A stretch of 64,000 bases of DNA, from contig CM120646.1 in the NCBI GenBank assembly GCA_051362555.1, forward strand, positions 1 through 64,000, written 5' to 3'. A program made the position numbers and the translations under genes. The notes under the pieces were generated by a model that did not search any database, was not told the DNA's origin, and worked only from the letters and a program-made list of their open reading frames with translations. Source of the DNA: Lingula anatina. Its lineage: Eukaryota > Animalia > Brachiopoda. Shown in pieces: positions 26,622 to 41,080 of the stretch. Each line of letters begins with the position of its first letter. Positions within the stretch are counted from its first letter, which is position 1.

Positions 26622-27626
26622 AGTCTTTAAGTAAAGTAAGCAGCGATATTTGTTCTCTTTCTGGTTTATTTTTTGCCCTGCATTTACTAAATGCCATGAG
26701 CGATTTAAAGTTTGCAGTAAATATTGTGAGCTTGGTTAAAAGCGTTGGATCTTGCCATTGGATCTTGAATTTTATCTGAACAACAAGTCATCGTCGGTTT
26801 TCCAGTTAAGCGAAAGACTGCCTTGAAAATGGGCAAATAAGAAGCCCTTTTATAGCAGTGCAAATGGAACATCTTTATGAAGCACTTTTGAATGGGAAAA
26901 CGTACTGTTACCGGATAAAACATTAAATGCAGTAATCTTACATTGCAGGATATCCTAGTGTTATGGACACTAGACAGTAGAAGATGATTTACAGCATTTT
27001 TGACCAGTTCATTTGAAGTAAATGTAGCAAAACGTTGCACCAGCTTGAAATAAGATGAATAATTCATTTATGAAATACGTCTTTTATCTACTTGCTTAAT
27101 TATTCATTTATTTAGCATAAATGTTTTCATTGTGGATAAAACATTTTCATTTCCGTCTCACCATCATATTGTATGGTAATACGTTTTCATTGTGCCAATA
27201 AAAGTGTATAACATTTTAACCTGTTTGGTTGTTTGATGTCGTTGATGCTTTCATTGAGGTCACTTTGTTATGGTACACACAGCTACTCGTACAGCAGCCA
27301 AAATCATTATTATCTCTGGATTTTTGTAAGACTCCCTTTGTGCCATCACTTCTCTTTACATTTTAACAAGTATAAAATGTTTAAATGTGGTCTGTTTGAG
27401 TCATAGTACAGTTATCCAGACAAGTGTCATGATGTCTCTGTAGGAAATCTCAGTATAAGTAATGTAAACACAGTATGTAACTCCCTGGTCGTTGATAACT
27501 GTGGTTTGATGACTGCGCCACGCTAGTCAGTGTTGCATGGACATGAACAAACACCATGTCAGATCTTGTCATCTATTGCGTTCGGGCCTGCTGAAACGAT
27601 TTCTCTACGTTAAGTTCCACTTACGA

Positions 27627-29201
27627 TTAAAACAACTTCTGATACACAGTGAAACAAATCGCGGTACACATGAGAACGACCAGAAGTGGCGCTGGTTGGA
27701 GGTGGGTGGCGGCGTTACACAGGTCAGAGTTACATATACACACTTCAGTGTCCACGCCGTCAACGTTGGACCTGTGGCATTCCGTGGGGTTCTCAACAGG
27801 AAAGCAACCTCTGGACACGGAGTGTGTGTCTGCAAATGAAATAACAATAATAAGTTTTGGTTGTAGCCACGTGGAGTCTAATCATTTCCGGCAATGTGCA
27901 AGATTTGGGCTAGATGTTAACCTGTCTATTGTGTTAGAGGAGTCTCCCTGTACACAATATGTGTCATAGTGGGGCTAGATGTTAACCTGTCTATTGTGTT
28001 AGAGGAGTCTCCCTGTACACAATATGATCCAGAGTGGGGCTAGATGTTAACCTGTCTATTGTGTTAGAGGAGTCTCCCTGTACACAATATGAGCCAGAGT
28101 GGGGCTAGATGTTAACCTGTCTATTGTGTTAGAGGAGTCTCCCTGTACACAATATGTGTCATAGTGGGGCTAGATGTTAACCTGTCTATTGTGTTAGATG
28201 AGTCTCCCTGTACACAATATGAGCCAGAGTGGGGCTAGATGTTAACCTGTCTATTGTGTTAGAGGAGTCTCCCTGTACACAATATGTGTCATAGTGGGGC
28301 TAGATGTTAACCTGTCTATTGTGTTAGAGGAGTCTCCCTGTACACAATATGTGTCAGAGTGGGGCTAGATGTTAACCTCTGTGTTGTGCTTGCGGAGTCT
28401 CCCAATTTACGTTACATAATCCACAGAAAAAAAGTGAATTTCAGTACTCAAAATTATATACATGTTCATATTGAGAGAAAAAATTTCTAATATTTTGTGT
28501 CATCATGCAACATTTCCATCAAGAGAGAAGTTAAGATGGCACCCGACTGCGTCAGTTCACCTTGTACTTGTTCTCAGAAGTCACGGGAAGACCTTACAAT
28601 CGTTCTACATTTTCCATTTGTTCAATTATTCCCTGGCCTATAGAAACTAGAGAAAGAAAACAACACTCACGTCTCTTCGTGCTCTCCAAGATCCGCCATA
28701 TTGGCCATATATTCCCCCTGCCAAACCAACCAACCATTAAACCTGTGATGCATGTTTATTTCTAGGCAAGAGGCGGGTTGTGACTTTTTAGACGTGACTG
28801 GTGTTCATATTATTACAGCTACATGTATATCTGAGACTGCCGTTATAATGCTTTGACATAGTAAGATATAAGCGCAGATATGAGAAAACCATAGCCTTCA
28901 CGTAGATGGCGGTAGATAAAACCTCATTTTCTGCAACTCGTGAATATAAATGAGTATTATCCGAGTCAAATATGGGAGATACCTAGTCTTGTTCGGAGCT
29001 CTTAGATTACAGCTTTATAACTCAATAACGTTGCTAGCTTTGAACTCTTTAGAGTTGATTATACCTCTGATCAAGTTTCTAACGCCTCATTTCTTAAAAA
29101 GTAGCATAGCCGTGTATTATATAGCAGAACACCTGAAGAGCTGCGTGGACACCATGCACAAAGTAAGGAGCTCAGCACATGTCCCTACCCGGCATTTAGG
29201 T

Positions 29202-29245
<44 letters not shown>

Positions 29246-29926
29246 AGGCATCACCTGTCAGTACGGCCTTGGCCTTGACACAGCCATATTCACAATAGAT
29301 TGTGTCGTCGCCGGAGTCACTGGGGGAAAAGGGGTCTGCACACGTTGAGCTGGTGGCCGGGCACTGGTAACATCTGAACGCAGACGCTGGGAAAATATTT
29401 CAAGTTAAAAACCGTTCTACTCTAGCACAGTGCCAGTTGTATGAGTACCTCGAATACAGTGCAATACGAATACAAAAAATGCAGTACACAAATATATGTT
29501 GTTCGGTTAATTTGTCTGTAATATTTAAGTCGTGAAACATTTTTACTCTTTCTTCAGCAAGATACCAACCTTACCACTGGAATATATACACAAGTAGTCA
29601 GTTACGGAAATGCGTGTTAATACTCCCTAGTGGTTACATATTTGTTGTAAAAAAAATTAATCAATTTACAGAAATCGTTTGCCTTGGCTATTGGAAAATG
29701 CATATGCTTTGGCACTTTGTTTCATTGTTAGAATCAAACCACACAATTTTAATTATCAATTTTAATTTCCATTGTACGTCAAGGTTTGACACTAAAATGT
29801 GAGTAGATTTCGCAAGGAATACCAACAAAAGTTACAGACGCAAGAGGAACTCTCGCCTCAGCATTACAGCCTACCTGTATGGACGTATAAGATCATAAAC
29901 ACTAAAGAAATCATCTGCGTCTTCAT
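27627..29926 (-). CDS. Ly6/uPAR three-finger (Quiver/Sleepless-like) GPI-anchored protein (128 aa); exons 29926-29875, 29386-29255 and 27829-27627
   Basis: Signal peptide MKTQMISLVFMILYVHTASA, then FRCYQC, 10 Cys ending in CICNSDLCN, and a hydrophobic GPI-signal-like tail. Both introns are phase-1 GT-AG. Confidence 0.9.
27907..28402. repeat. Intronic 65-bp minisatellite, ~7.5 copies
   Basis: Unit gggctagatgttaacctgtctattgtgttagaggagtctccctgtacacaatatg...agtg. Confidence 0.95.
29207..29242. repeat. (GA)n microsatellite next to the exon 2 donor of the Ly6 gene
   Basis: Direct inspection. Confidence 0.95.
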
Positions 29927-30500
29927 TGTGTATGTTTAACCTCCGTGGTCTGGGCAACACTGTCACAGGCGGGGAGTCCAGGCGTATAATGCCACCCAGA
30001 TAATCTACGGTATTTCATGCATCCCGTATAGATGGAGACTGTAGATATTTCAAACCACTAATATTTTGAGAAAATTTACAGCAAAATAATCTAAAAAAAA
30101 GACGGTTGACAGATAACTTCTTTTTAATTTTATTTTTAAAATGATATCGCACTAATATACACATTTTATTCATTTTACGATAACTAAGGTAAACTTATCA
30201 AATATTGTATGGTATTGCAAATAAAATATGACTTCTTGCACACCTACTGTAGCACTTTCTTACCGCAAGACTGCCTTGATAACCCATTTATGTACACCTC
30301 TGTGTTGAAGATCCTTCTAGATATGAGCACCTTTATGTTAATGTCATCTTTGTTATAAGCACCGTTCTCTATGTTGACGCACAAACTCAGCAACGTTTGT
30401 TGAAGATAATTCTTCGGCGATGAAGACATTTTCACTCAAAGTCATGAAAACTTTTGAGCTTTCAAGATGGAAGTACGTTGAGTAGATTAATAATTCTGGT

Positions 30501-30780
30501 ATTTAGTCTCTATTACCTAAGATACAAGGTAAATCTGGCATTTAGTCTCTATTACACACAGTGCACCTAAGATGCAAGGTAAACCTGGCATTTAGTCTCT
30601 ATTACACACAGTGCACCTAAGATACAAGGTAAATCTGGCATTTAGTCTCTATTACACACAGTGCACCTAAGATACAAGATAAATCTGGCATTTAGTCGCT
30701 ATTACACACAGTGCACCTAACATACAAGATAAATCTGGCATTTAGTCTCTATTACACACAGTGCACCTAACATACATGGT
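30501..30780. repeat. 50-bp minisatellite, ~5.5 copies
   Basis: Unit tttagtctctattacacacagtgcacctaagatacaaggtaaatctggca. Confidence 0.95.
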
Positions 30781-31114
30781 AACCGGAGTAACAACATTTC
30801 TTGGCTCTCTGCGTCTAACTGTGCCCATAACATATAGCACAGACGCTGGCTAATTTATGCCCTGGCCATTGGATGCACTTTAAACACTAGAGATGACCAT
30901 TGTTTTAGGCCCATGACAACGGCATGTACATACGCCATTTTCATCCCCACTCAGTGTGACCGTTGATATGTGTGATTGTCCACAGTTATCTGTGTGCAAA
31001 CAGCAATGACACCAATATCTCTAATATATGTTATACCAGATACATACTGTATTGACACATTATCATCACACAAAGCAAAGATATACCAAACACCCATATA
31101 CAGGTATACTAGTT

Positions 31115-34100
31115 ATGGCGCCACATTGGCAAGCCTTGCTGTTATGTTATTTTGTTGTCTGCGATATTGTTGATGGGTTCAACACGAAGGTAAGTCGCTT
31201 TCAGGTTATTCCACCGACATTCACATTAATTATTGTTTCCGTCGAGTCTTAATAATTCATGAATTGACGGCAAGAAAATATAAACATTTGATTTTCTACT
31301 TTTATGCACAAACATGCAATCATGTACATGGTTGTGGGCGAGTATCTTTTGTTATTCGAAGTGTCTTTAAGGGGACAGATAGGGTTAACTACGCTTAAAA
31401 TCATGTTTTTGAGTTTTTTGTGTGTTTCTATTAATCAAAAAGGTATCTAACGTTGGCTGTAATAATTATTTTGAATTTGCACCGCAAAATGTGTCTTTTG
31501 ATGAGTTTTTCAACCGGCACGCGCCCCAGTCAGGCTGACAACTAAGCCACGCCTCTGTTGCTAAGGGCCGTTGCCATGAGGGGGGCGGAGCATAGGTAAT
31601 GAGTTATAAGCCGATTACGTGTGCGGTAATAGGTCATAAGTCTTACATCAGCTAAGCAGTGAAGAAGTCAAGTACGCTATGGGGAAGAGAAAAGTTCGTG
31701 TTAAAAAGCCATTTCCAGAGGAAAGAAAGAAAATTTTGAAAGAGAGTATGCGCGGCGGTTGGGGAAAACCGGTATTTGTTGAGTCGGATGACGAGAGAGA
31801 GAATCTACCTGGAGCGAGCGCTCGTAAGATACTGAAAGACTTAGAACAGCCCTCGGAGTCTTCAGACAGTGATCGCGAGGAAGAAACCGTAGCTACTGGG
31901 TACAGGCTTTGGCACAGTGGACAGTTGTTAGAAAGTGTCAACAAGTCGTGTGTTTGTCGTGTGTGTGGCGGCGTCGTTGTGTTGAAAAATACAATGCCAA
32001 CATATTTTACTTTAAACCCTGTTTGTAATTGGATAAAGGTTTGTACACTTGCAATAAGAAATTTTACCTTATCTTACCTGTCTAATCTCAGCTTTCACCT
32101 GGTTGGGTATGTTTGCCCTGATAAAAGAAAGCACATCTGCTGGGAAGCTGTAATGGCATCCGTCCGGCCCAATGTCTTGCTTCTGTATAAAAAAAATTAC
32201 AAAAAATGAATGTTATAACCAAGTGATAGAAACTGGATAAAGTCAACTTCTAATAAAAATCTTATTTGACCTTTTAAAAGTCAGACTCTGTAAAGAAATA
32301 GCCCTACACTATGTATTACAAAATACTTTAACCAACACATTTTACATGTTTGTAATAAAAAGTGAAAAACAACATTTTTGTCCTAATGTTTCACTCAAAA
32401 GCCTTCTCTCAGCCACTTTTATCGCTGATTCTTGTGCAGCTGAGCGTCTCCCCTTTATCTTAGCTGGCATTTTGAGAAATACTGCTATGAGATAATCGCT
32501 GGATTTTTCCGTTGATCTGACGATTACCAAGTGTCGTGCAAAATAATCCTGCAGCGTTACCCGTCAAAAAAACTCGTGTTAACACAAGTGACGGACACTT
32601 GCTCTCGACACAGTTTTATCTGATCACTTTGCCGATAACAAAGAAGGAATCTCTCAGGTAATATTACTCGATTGCCGAGGAAGAGCCATTGAAACGATCA
32701 AATGCAACTTCACACCTCTTAATTGCGGTTAAACGTAATCGCCTTTGTTAGTGCTTCCTTCTACATATCCTTGACACCCTACGGGGCATCACTAGGCTAG
32801 GACCCTCTCCAGAGCTGTCAATCAAAGTGGCGACACGCTTACATGCCTAACGAGTGGTCGGAAAATGTAACAAAAGCACGATTTTCTGCCCCTTCAAAGC
32901 ACCCAAACAAAATATTTTTAGATGACAATAAGCAATGGTTCCATCTGATCGTATAACCGATAACAGGTAAGTTTGCCAGCTAAGCATTTTGACTAATAAG
33001 CCCTGTTAACCAACCTGTGAACGTTTTTGGCTGTTTTAATATGGGCGGCGGTTTATACAAAAATGCAAAACACGATTTGTCGTCGTCGTTATCAGATCAG
33101 AAGGCAAAATACGACTAGTAGTCGTCAAAACGCAACTAGTCATCAAAACGCAACTAGTCATCAAAACGCAACTAGTCATCATCAAAACGCAACTTGTCAT
33201 CATCAAAACGCAACTAGTCATCATCAAAACGCAACTTGTCATCAAAACGCGATTTGACGCCAGATGGCGCCCATTGTACGAAAATCTAGGCCAAGTCACA
33301 TGATCCACAGTGATCAAAATGGCGGACGTTATTGAAGCAGCATTATCATATTCCTCGCTCGAACTCGAGAATTATCTCTACGCGTACAATCTAATAATGA
33401 TATTATATATATAATAATATCTGGAACTTGTGAAATGAGTACAACAATAAAGCAGTGCTTCACAAGTGTGTGTTTTTGTTTTTTTTTAATTTATAACATG
33501 TCCAAATTATTTAATAAATTATTTAATTATTTATTATTTCGAGAATTATCTCTACGCATACAATCTAATAATGATATTATATATATAATAATATCTCGAA
33601 CTCGAGATAATTCTCGAGTTCGAGCGAGGAATATGATAATGCTGCTTCAATAACGTCCGCCATTTTGATCACTGTGGATCATGTGACTTGGCCTAGATTT
33701 TCGTACAATGGGCGCCATCTGGCGTCAAATCGCGTTTTGATGACAAGTTGCGTTTTGATGATGACTAGTTGCGTTTTGATGATGACAAGTTGCGTTTTGA
33801 TGATGACTAGTTGCGTTTTGATGACTAGTTGCGTTTTGACGACTACTAGTCGTATTTTGCCTTCTGATCTGATAACGACGACGACAAATCGTGTTTTCAT
33901 TTCGACTGATCTAATAACGATGACGACTAATCGTGTTTTGCATTTTTGTATAAACCGCCGCCCATATTTTAACAGCTTTCTATATTGACGAGATAAGTGA
34001 ATCGCTGCCGAGTATATCTCACTATCTGAGCAACCGATCGTTACAAAAGTTGCACCTATTGTTGTTAGGAATGTGGACTACAGCATGATATCAGGGGTTT

Positions 34101-37100
34101 AAGAGGAAATTGTTTGTTTGAAAGTTATCGCCTTTTAAAGTGAATAACCCATTGAAATATGGGCTGATTTAACGTAAAAGATGATAAAATCAAAAGTAAA
34201 TAGTTAAAGACAATTCCCTGGTACCGCGCTGTAGTGCTTTCACCCAGCTTTATGAGGCCTTTTGAATCACTTGAATAGCTGTCTTGGTTATAGAGAAAAT
34301 CCCAATACCGAAAACGGCATTTTCCCCCTCAAATTGGCGCCAGAGCGTCATCCGTTGGACACTGTACCTAATCCCCGTCTTTAATTGGCCTTTTGGGAAG
34401 TTTGTTTTAATTTTTTATTAAAACTTACAAGCCCAGGGCTTTGTTTCTATGACTTTGGTCCTTTTACTATAAGTCCCCTTAAGGATGAGTAATAACCCCG
34501 GTTTTGTATATCATTTGTCGTCTGCCATACATGCATATCTGTCAATAACCATCTTTTTTTAATATCAGATAGTCTTAGCAAAAAATTGTCAAGTTGTCTT
34601 GGTTCAAGAAGTTCAAGTATTTGTAGTTTATAACCAGGGTCGTTAGTTACTTAGAGCTTTTTCATAATGACATATGTAGCTACCAATAGTCCGGTGGCTT
34701 AGGGTAAAAAAATGACCAAATCGTGACACGGCGGATAAAAGCACCAAATTTTGCATGTGGGTACCTTTTGACATACTAAATCAAATTAGAGCCGTAGCCC
34801 ACGGAAAAAAGTTACCGTTTGGCCAAAAAACCCAAAATGGCCGCCATTTATGAAATTCTGTAGAAATATATCCATACCTATGTTGATTTGTATCAAATAA
34901 AGTATTTTCTCAATGTTTTCCACTTCCTTATTACCCATATTATGCATTTATGTCAGATAACAAACGAGTGTCCTTGGACTTTTTGAAAAATCCAAGATGG
35001 CCGCTGTATGGCATAGGAATACTAGAACATGTACAAGGGTTTTCAACTAATGCCAACTATAGGAAGATACATTGCCCACTATCTAATTAATTTTGTTTCT
35101 GAGTGACTTATTACACAAATAATATATTTGTGGTAAGTAACTAACGTTTATTCTCAAGATGGCCGCCATATCAAAGGAATACTAGTATACACATAGGACT
35201 TCTTCTGCAATGGAGATATGATATCAATTAATAAATTAAGTTTGTTTCTGAGTATTTTCCACATCTTTTTAATCCACATAATATATGTGATGAGAATGTT
35301 ATGTGTGTCCTTTTTGAAAACAAAACAAAACAAAATGGCTGCCACTAGCCATAGAAGGTGGGGTTCAGTTAATACCTGGGAGAGATAGGCTTCCATATAA
35401 AATGAAGCTGAATTCAGTTGTTATTCTGTTAATTATTTTTATTATTGTTATTATTATTATCATTAACCCATGATACATATTTGTTAGGTAATTAATGTCT
35501 ATATTTGATCATTTTGGGGAAATCCAAGATGGCCTTCTTTTCCCCATAGGAAAGCTGGTGCATTGGATTTTAGGCACTTCTAAGGCAAATGAGGGTAATC
35601 ATGATATTTTGTCAAAATACTTAAGGGTACACACTTGTTACCCACCAGATAGATATCTCAGAGTCCAAAAAGAATGTGGGAAATACCAAGAAACAAAATT
35701 CATTTTATATTGAACCCGAAGTAGTTGACTGTAGGCCTACTAATCCTATTGTGAATTGCAGCAATCTTGAATTTTCTTTAATACGCAAGATGCACACTTG
35801 CTACACACCAGATTTATATAGAGTAAGGTTAATAAGGATGTCAACATGTTTGAACGGCTTTATTTCATGTTGGAATCAATGTCTGAACTGTTCCATTAAT
35901 TGACACCTATGTGCATTTGAATGATATATTCCTATGACAACTGGCAGCTATCTTGGGTTTTCTCCGAATAGTACTCAAGGATACATACACTTTCTACACA
36001 CACAGAACCTTTCATAAGGATAAATAGGATATGAAAAACATTTAAATACGATCTAAAGTTAACTACATTTAAATTGTACTAAGTGTGTCTCTGGCATTAT
36101 TTGATTATGTGTACGAATGTTCTAATGACAAAAGGCAGACATCTTGATTTTTTTTCAGAATACCCAAAGATACACACATGCTACAGACCAGGTATACATC
36201 ATAGGGGTAATAATAAATGGAATGAAAAAAATATATTATTTTTAAAACAAACCCATGGGAATGTAATTGTATAGTGAACCATATGCCTCTCTAGCAGCAA
36301 TTGAAACCCACCCATTAGTATTCCCATGTCAAATTGAAGATACATGTATCTTGGATTTTCTCAAAATATCCAAGGATGCACACTATTTACCCAACAGATA
36401 TATATCATAGGACTAATAAGGATGGGCAAAACTTGATAAGCAAACACAATTTCACCCTGGTAGTACTTGTTATTCCAGTAGTATTCCTATGGCTAATGAC
36501 AGCCATCTTATGCACATTTATTACCTGCTAGATATGTATCACAGTGTAATAATAATGTGTAAAACACTGAAAAAATAAACTGAACTTGATAATGAATTAT
36601 GTTTTTCCTAGCTGGCATTATTTCCAACCCTTTGTAATACTAGCAGTATTCCTATGACATATGGCGACCATCTTGGATTTTCTCTAAATGCCCAAGAATA
36701 CATGTTAGTTCCTCACCACATACATATTGTGTGGATGGATGTGGAAAAAACTCAGAAACAAACTTAATTTGATAGTGGAAAATTAATCTTTTCAGTTGCC
36801 ATTAGTTAAATCCCCCGTATACTAGAATTTTTGTGGCACATGGCAGCCATCTTGGATTTTCCAAAATGCCCAAGAACACTTCGTAGTTACTCACCACAAA
36901 CATATGTGGTAACAAAACATATGGGTAACAAAAATCTGAGAAACAGACTTAATTTGATAGTGGACAACGTGTCTTTCTAGCTGGTATTAGTTGTGCACTA
37001 GTATTCCTATGGCTGTTTGTATGGCATATGACAGCCATCTTGGATTTTTTCAAAAAGTCCAAGGGAACTTGTTTGCTATCAGACATATATGAATAAAATG

Positions 37101-39506
37101 GGTAATAAGGGTGTGGAAAACTCTGGGGAAATAATTTATTTGATAAAAATCAACATAGGTATGTACATATTTCTATAGAATTCTATAAATTGGCGGCCAT
37201 TTTGGATTTTTTGACCAAACGGTAAACTGTTTGAGAGGGCTACGGCTCTAATTTGATTTATACTGTCAAAAGGTAACTACATGCCAAATTTGGTGCTTTT
37301 ATCCGCCGTGTCACGATTTTTTCCTTAAGCCACCGGACTACAACAATGTGCTGCACAGGCTGGAAAGTGGTTTATCTTTTAAGGTGCTGCCACCTATAAA
37401 ACACGGGCATGAAGTCGGTATCATCATCATCCCTGGTGCTTTAATTGATGCGGAAGCCTACACACCCCTGGGTATGCATCGTTTGATCCTAACCCTAACA
37501 GTGGAACTGCACGCTTCGGTTCAAATATTATTTAATAACCATATGAAACCGTACATAGTTGTACGCATGTCGCGCCACATTGCTAATGTAGGCATAGTAA
37601 TCTTTCAAGCATGTATTTTTAGCCGCCAAAAATTAAGAAGCCACAAGTAGTTGTGTACATGTAAAAGTCTCTTTAACCTTGGGTCGTTCCACATTAAAGT
37701 CACGGCATTCCATGTTCCAGCAAAGCGACTGCAGGCGGAGTCACCACATAGACTGTGGGTCGGTCTCTCAGGCGGTTATCCAGCAGGGATTCCTGGTAAT
37801 GTAGGTCCAGGTATTGCCCAGGCACTGACGGACCTCAGAGCAGCTGGCATGAAAACGAACACTGTCTTCATGGCTGGACATCAGATGGGAGGTGAGACAT
37901 TTTACTGTCGTGAAGTACCCCATTAAGTGTACCGTATTTATATGATCCTTTTAGATGTTTCGACCCTGACACCCTTACTTTCTTCATCTTGTAGAAAACA
38001 CTGTATTTGAACTCGTGTTTCCATTTTCGTTCTTCAGAATTTCAGGAATATTTGAGTCTAAATAAAACTTGTAAACTAATCCAATTTACTTCACCTAATC
38101 TGATTTATGTGAATTCTCCCTTCCTTTATTCTGTCAGTGTTCATATCTCTTTATTTCCATTCTGCTGTATTCGTTTCCGTGTAGGAACCTATCTTAGTAT
38201 GTACCTACAGGAGAACAAGACTAATGCCACCGCCATGATCTTGTTGGCTGCCTTTCGCTGGATAGAGATAGCTGGAGATAAGTTACCAGCGATTCCAACT
38301 CTCACTGTATCCGGGGACCTGGACGGCCTCGTTCGCATTAACGGCATGGCCTACTACTGGCAGTAAGCAAAATAGAAAAGACAATAAATAAAGACCAAAA
38401 AGAAAAGAAAAACAAACAACGATTATTGTCATGAAATTGTGTAAAGTATGCTATAGAATATTTTAAAAGGCCATATATTTGGAGAGTGAAAAGTAATATT
38501 CTCTCTAAATTTAGACCTCAGCGTAAATAACAACATGTAATAAGCACTCAAACAGAAGGACTTTTACGGTGTTAACGTGTGTCCTACATACATTGATAAG
38601 TACTAACAACTTTTTTACAAGGCTAGTATATTTACACAACTTTTTATTTTTTTTGTGTGTGATTTTATATCTTTTAGACAGCTTATTGATGTCGCTAAAC
38701 AAAACGCCACAGTGTTACAGACGCACCCAATAGTTACTCTTCTCGGAGTGAACAATGGTCAATTCGCTTCTGGTAGACTGCCAAATACCGTCACAGATTA
38801 TGACATCCAACCGGAAGTGGATTCTGCCATAGCTCATGACATGATTGCCAAGGCAACGGTTTCATTTATGGTGTCTGTTACTGGGCAACCACGGTTCAGA
38901 GTGAAGGAAGCTAGAAAAGTGATACAGAAGGAAATACGGGATAATTATGACCGTTTTCAGGTAGTACATGAAAAAAGTCCAGCTTTGTTTGTAAATTATG
39001 CTGATACAACATAGCCCATTAATGTATATTCGTGTCGATAGCAATTTCTTTGTATGAGCGATAAAGGAAAATTAGCATAAGGTAATTGAGAGGAACAGTG
39101 CGTGTTCGTTGGACCGACTAATTTGAGTGTCCAATAAGGACTACTTGCTACTACTCTACAATTATCATACGGGCTCTATTGCCTGAAGAGACCGTACGGT
39201 CCTTTTGGCAAGCTCTCACGCGGGACTGAAGTCCATCTTCGTGGATAAATTATACTTCAGATGTTTGTTTAACATAGTCGAGAGCTGAAAACATAAATTG
39301 TAATTGTGCGTAATGGAATGAAAAAGATCGATAATGCAAGGTTTGCAAAGTGCTGATTTGGAGGAAATGCGTTTTCCAGCCATTCGTGTCTTTGTCATCT
39401 CTTGAAGAAAACAATGGACATTCACCATGGACTGAGCATGCGCAAGAATTGATAGCAAATCTTTCGGAAAAAACAAAAGCTCTATTAAAGGTAAAACATG
39501 CTGTCC

Positions 39507-39543
<37 letters not shown>

Positions 39544-41033
39544 CTTTCCAGAGATGTAGAAAAGGAGGAATGAATGGTTACTCTGGAATGGTGGGGGACT
39601 TGTTTGCCCTAAATTGGGTATTGTTGCATGTTTGTCACGCCTAAGTAATGGTCAGTGAAGAATGTCACTCTGCCACAATGTACAGTACATGTGTACAACT
39701 TGACTTATTTAGTGATGGATAAAGATTTTTAACTGATGATCACTATATTTCAGATCAAGTCCAAAGTGGTTTACCCAGAAATCCTCAACCAAACATTTCC
39801 CAACTTAACAATAGATGGCAGCAGCGCGTTGGTTTTCAACCCTGCGTCAGTAATTCTAGGAGGAATCCCAAGGTAAATATTCTAGGAGGAATTGAGTGTA
39901 TGAATAGCTGTTAAATGTACAGTTATGTAGTGTACGTGAGGCAGACTTATTTCAGCATAATGTTTGTACATTTTTATTTTTTATACATGTATTTGAAATA
40001 ACTTAAAATAAAAATTCTAGAAAGACTTCTAGGAAGAGTTTTGCGGTAGTTATTGTAAGAGGAATCCCGAGGTAGGTTTTATAGGACTCCCGAGGAAGTG
40101 TCCTAGTTTGCGAAAGGATAAGAACGGCCGTTCATACTGGGACATCATGGACCAGGCCATTGGGCTGTTCACACTGGGACATCATGGACCAGGCCATTGG
40201 GCTGCTCACACTGGGACATCATGGACCAGGCCATTGGGCTGTTCACACTGGGACATCATGGACCAGGCCATTGGGCTGTTCACACTGGGACATCATGGAC
40301 CAGGCCATTGGGCTGTTCACACTGGGACATCATGGACCAGGCCATTGGGCTGTTCACACTGGGACATCATGGACCAGGCCATTGGGCTGTTCACACTGGG
40401 ACATCATGTAGTGGGCTATTGGGCTGTTCACACTGGGATATCCTGGACCATGACTTTGGGCTGTTCACACTGGGACATCATATACCAGGCCATTGGGCTG
40501 TTCACACTGAGACAGCATGGTTTGTGACATTGGGCTGTTCACACTGGGGCAAAGTGGACCATGACATTGGGCTGTTCACACTGGGGCAACGTGGACCATG
40601 ACACTGGGCTGTTCACACTGGGGCATCGTGGACCATGACTTTGGGCTGTTCACACTGGGGCATTGTGGACCATGACATTGGGCTGTTCACACTGAAACAG
40701 CATGGTCTGTGACATTGGGCTGTTCATACTGGGACTTCATGTAGTGGGCCATTGGGCTATTCACACTGGGACATCGTGGACCATGACTTTGGGCTGTTCA
40801 CACTGGGGCATTGTGGACCATGACATTGGGCTGTTCACACTGAGACAGCATGGTCCGTGACATTGGGCTGTTCACACTGGGACATCGTGGACCAGGCCAT
40901 TTGGCTGTTTACACTTGGACATCATGTAGTGGGTCACTGGTCTGTTCACACTGGGACATCCTGGACTATGCCATTGGGCTGTTCACACTGAGACAGCATG
41001 GTTCGTACATTGGGCTGTTCACACTGAGACAAC

Positions 41034-41080
<47 letters not shown>

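Larger units (their letters stand above)
31371..34478. mobile_element. Kolobok-like DNA transposon (defective or chimeric) in intron 1 of the hydrolase gene
   Basis: TTAA|GGGGAC...GTCCCC|TTAA ends. A truncated ORF from 31679 has SARKI...GYRL...CVCRVC, resembling the N-terminus of Kolobok/'Mutator-like' transposases. Confidence 0.65.

Noticed and set aside
28671-28715. Possible extra exon in the Ly6 intron (minus-strand ATG...AC|GTGAGT)
   Set aside because: The ATG frame ends in phase 2, incompatible with the phase-1 last exon, and the three-exon model is already complete.
33027-33988. Mirror-image ORFs MITVDHVTWPRF... and HQNATS repeats
   Set aside because: Products of the foldback element's arms and internal repeats.
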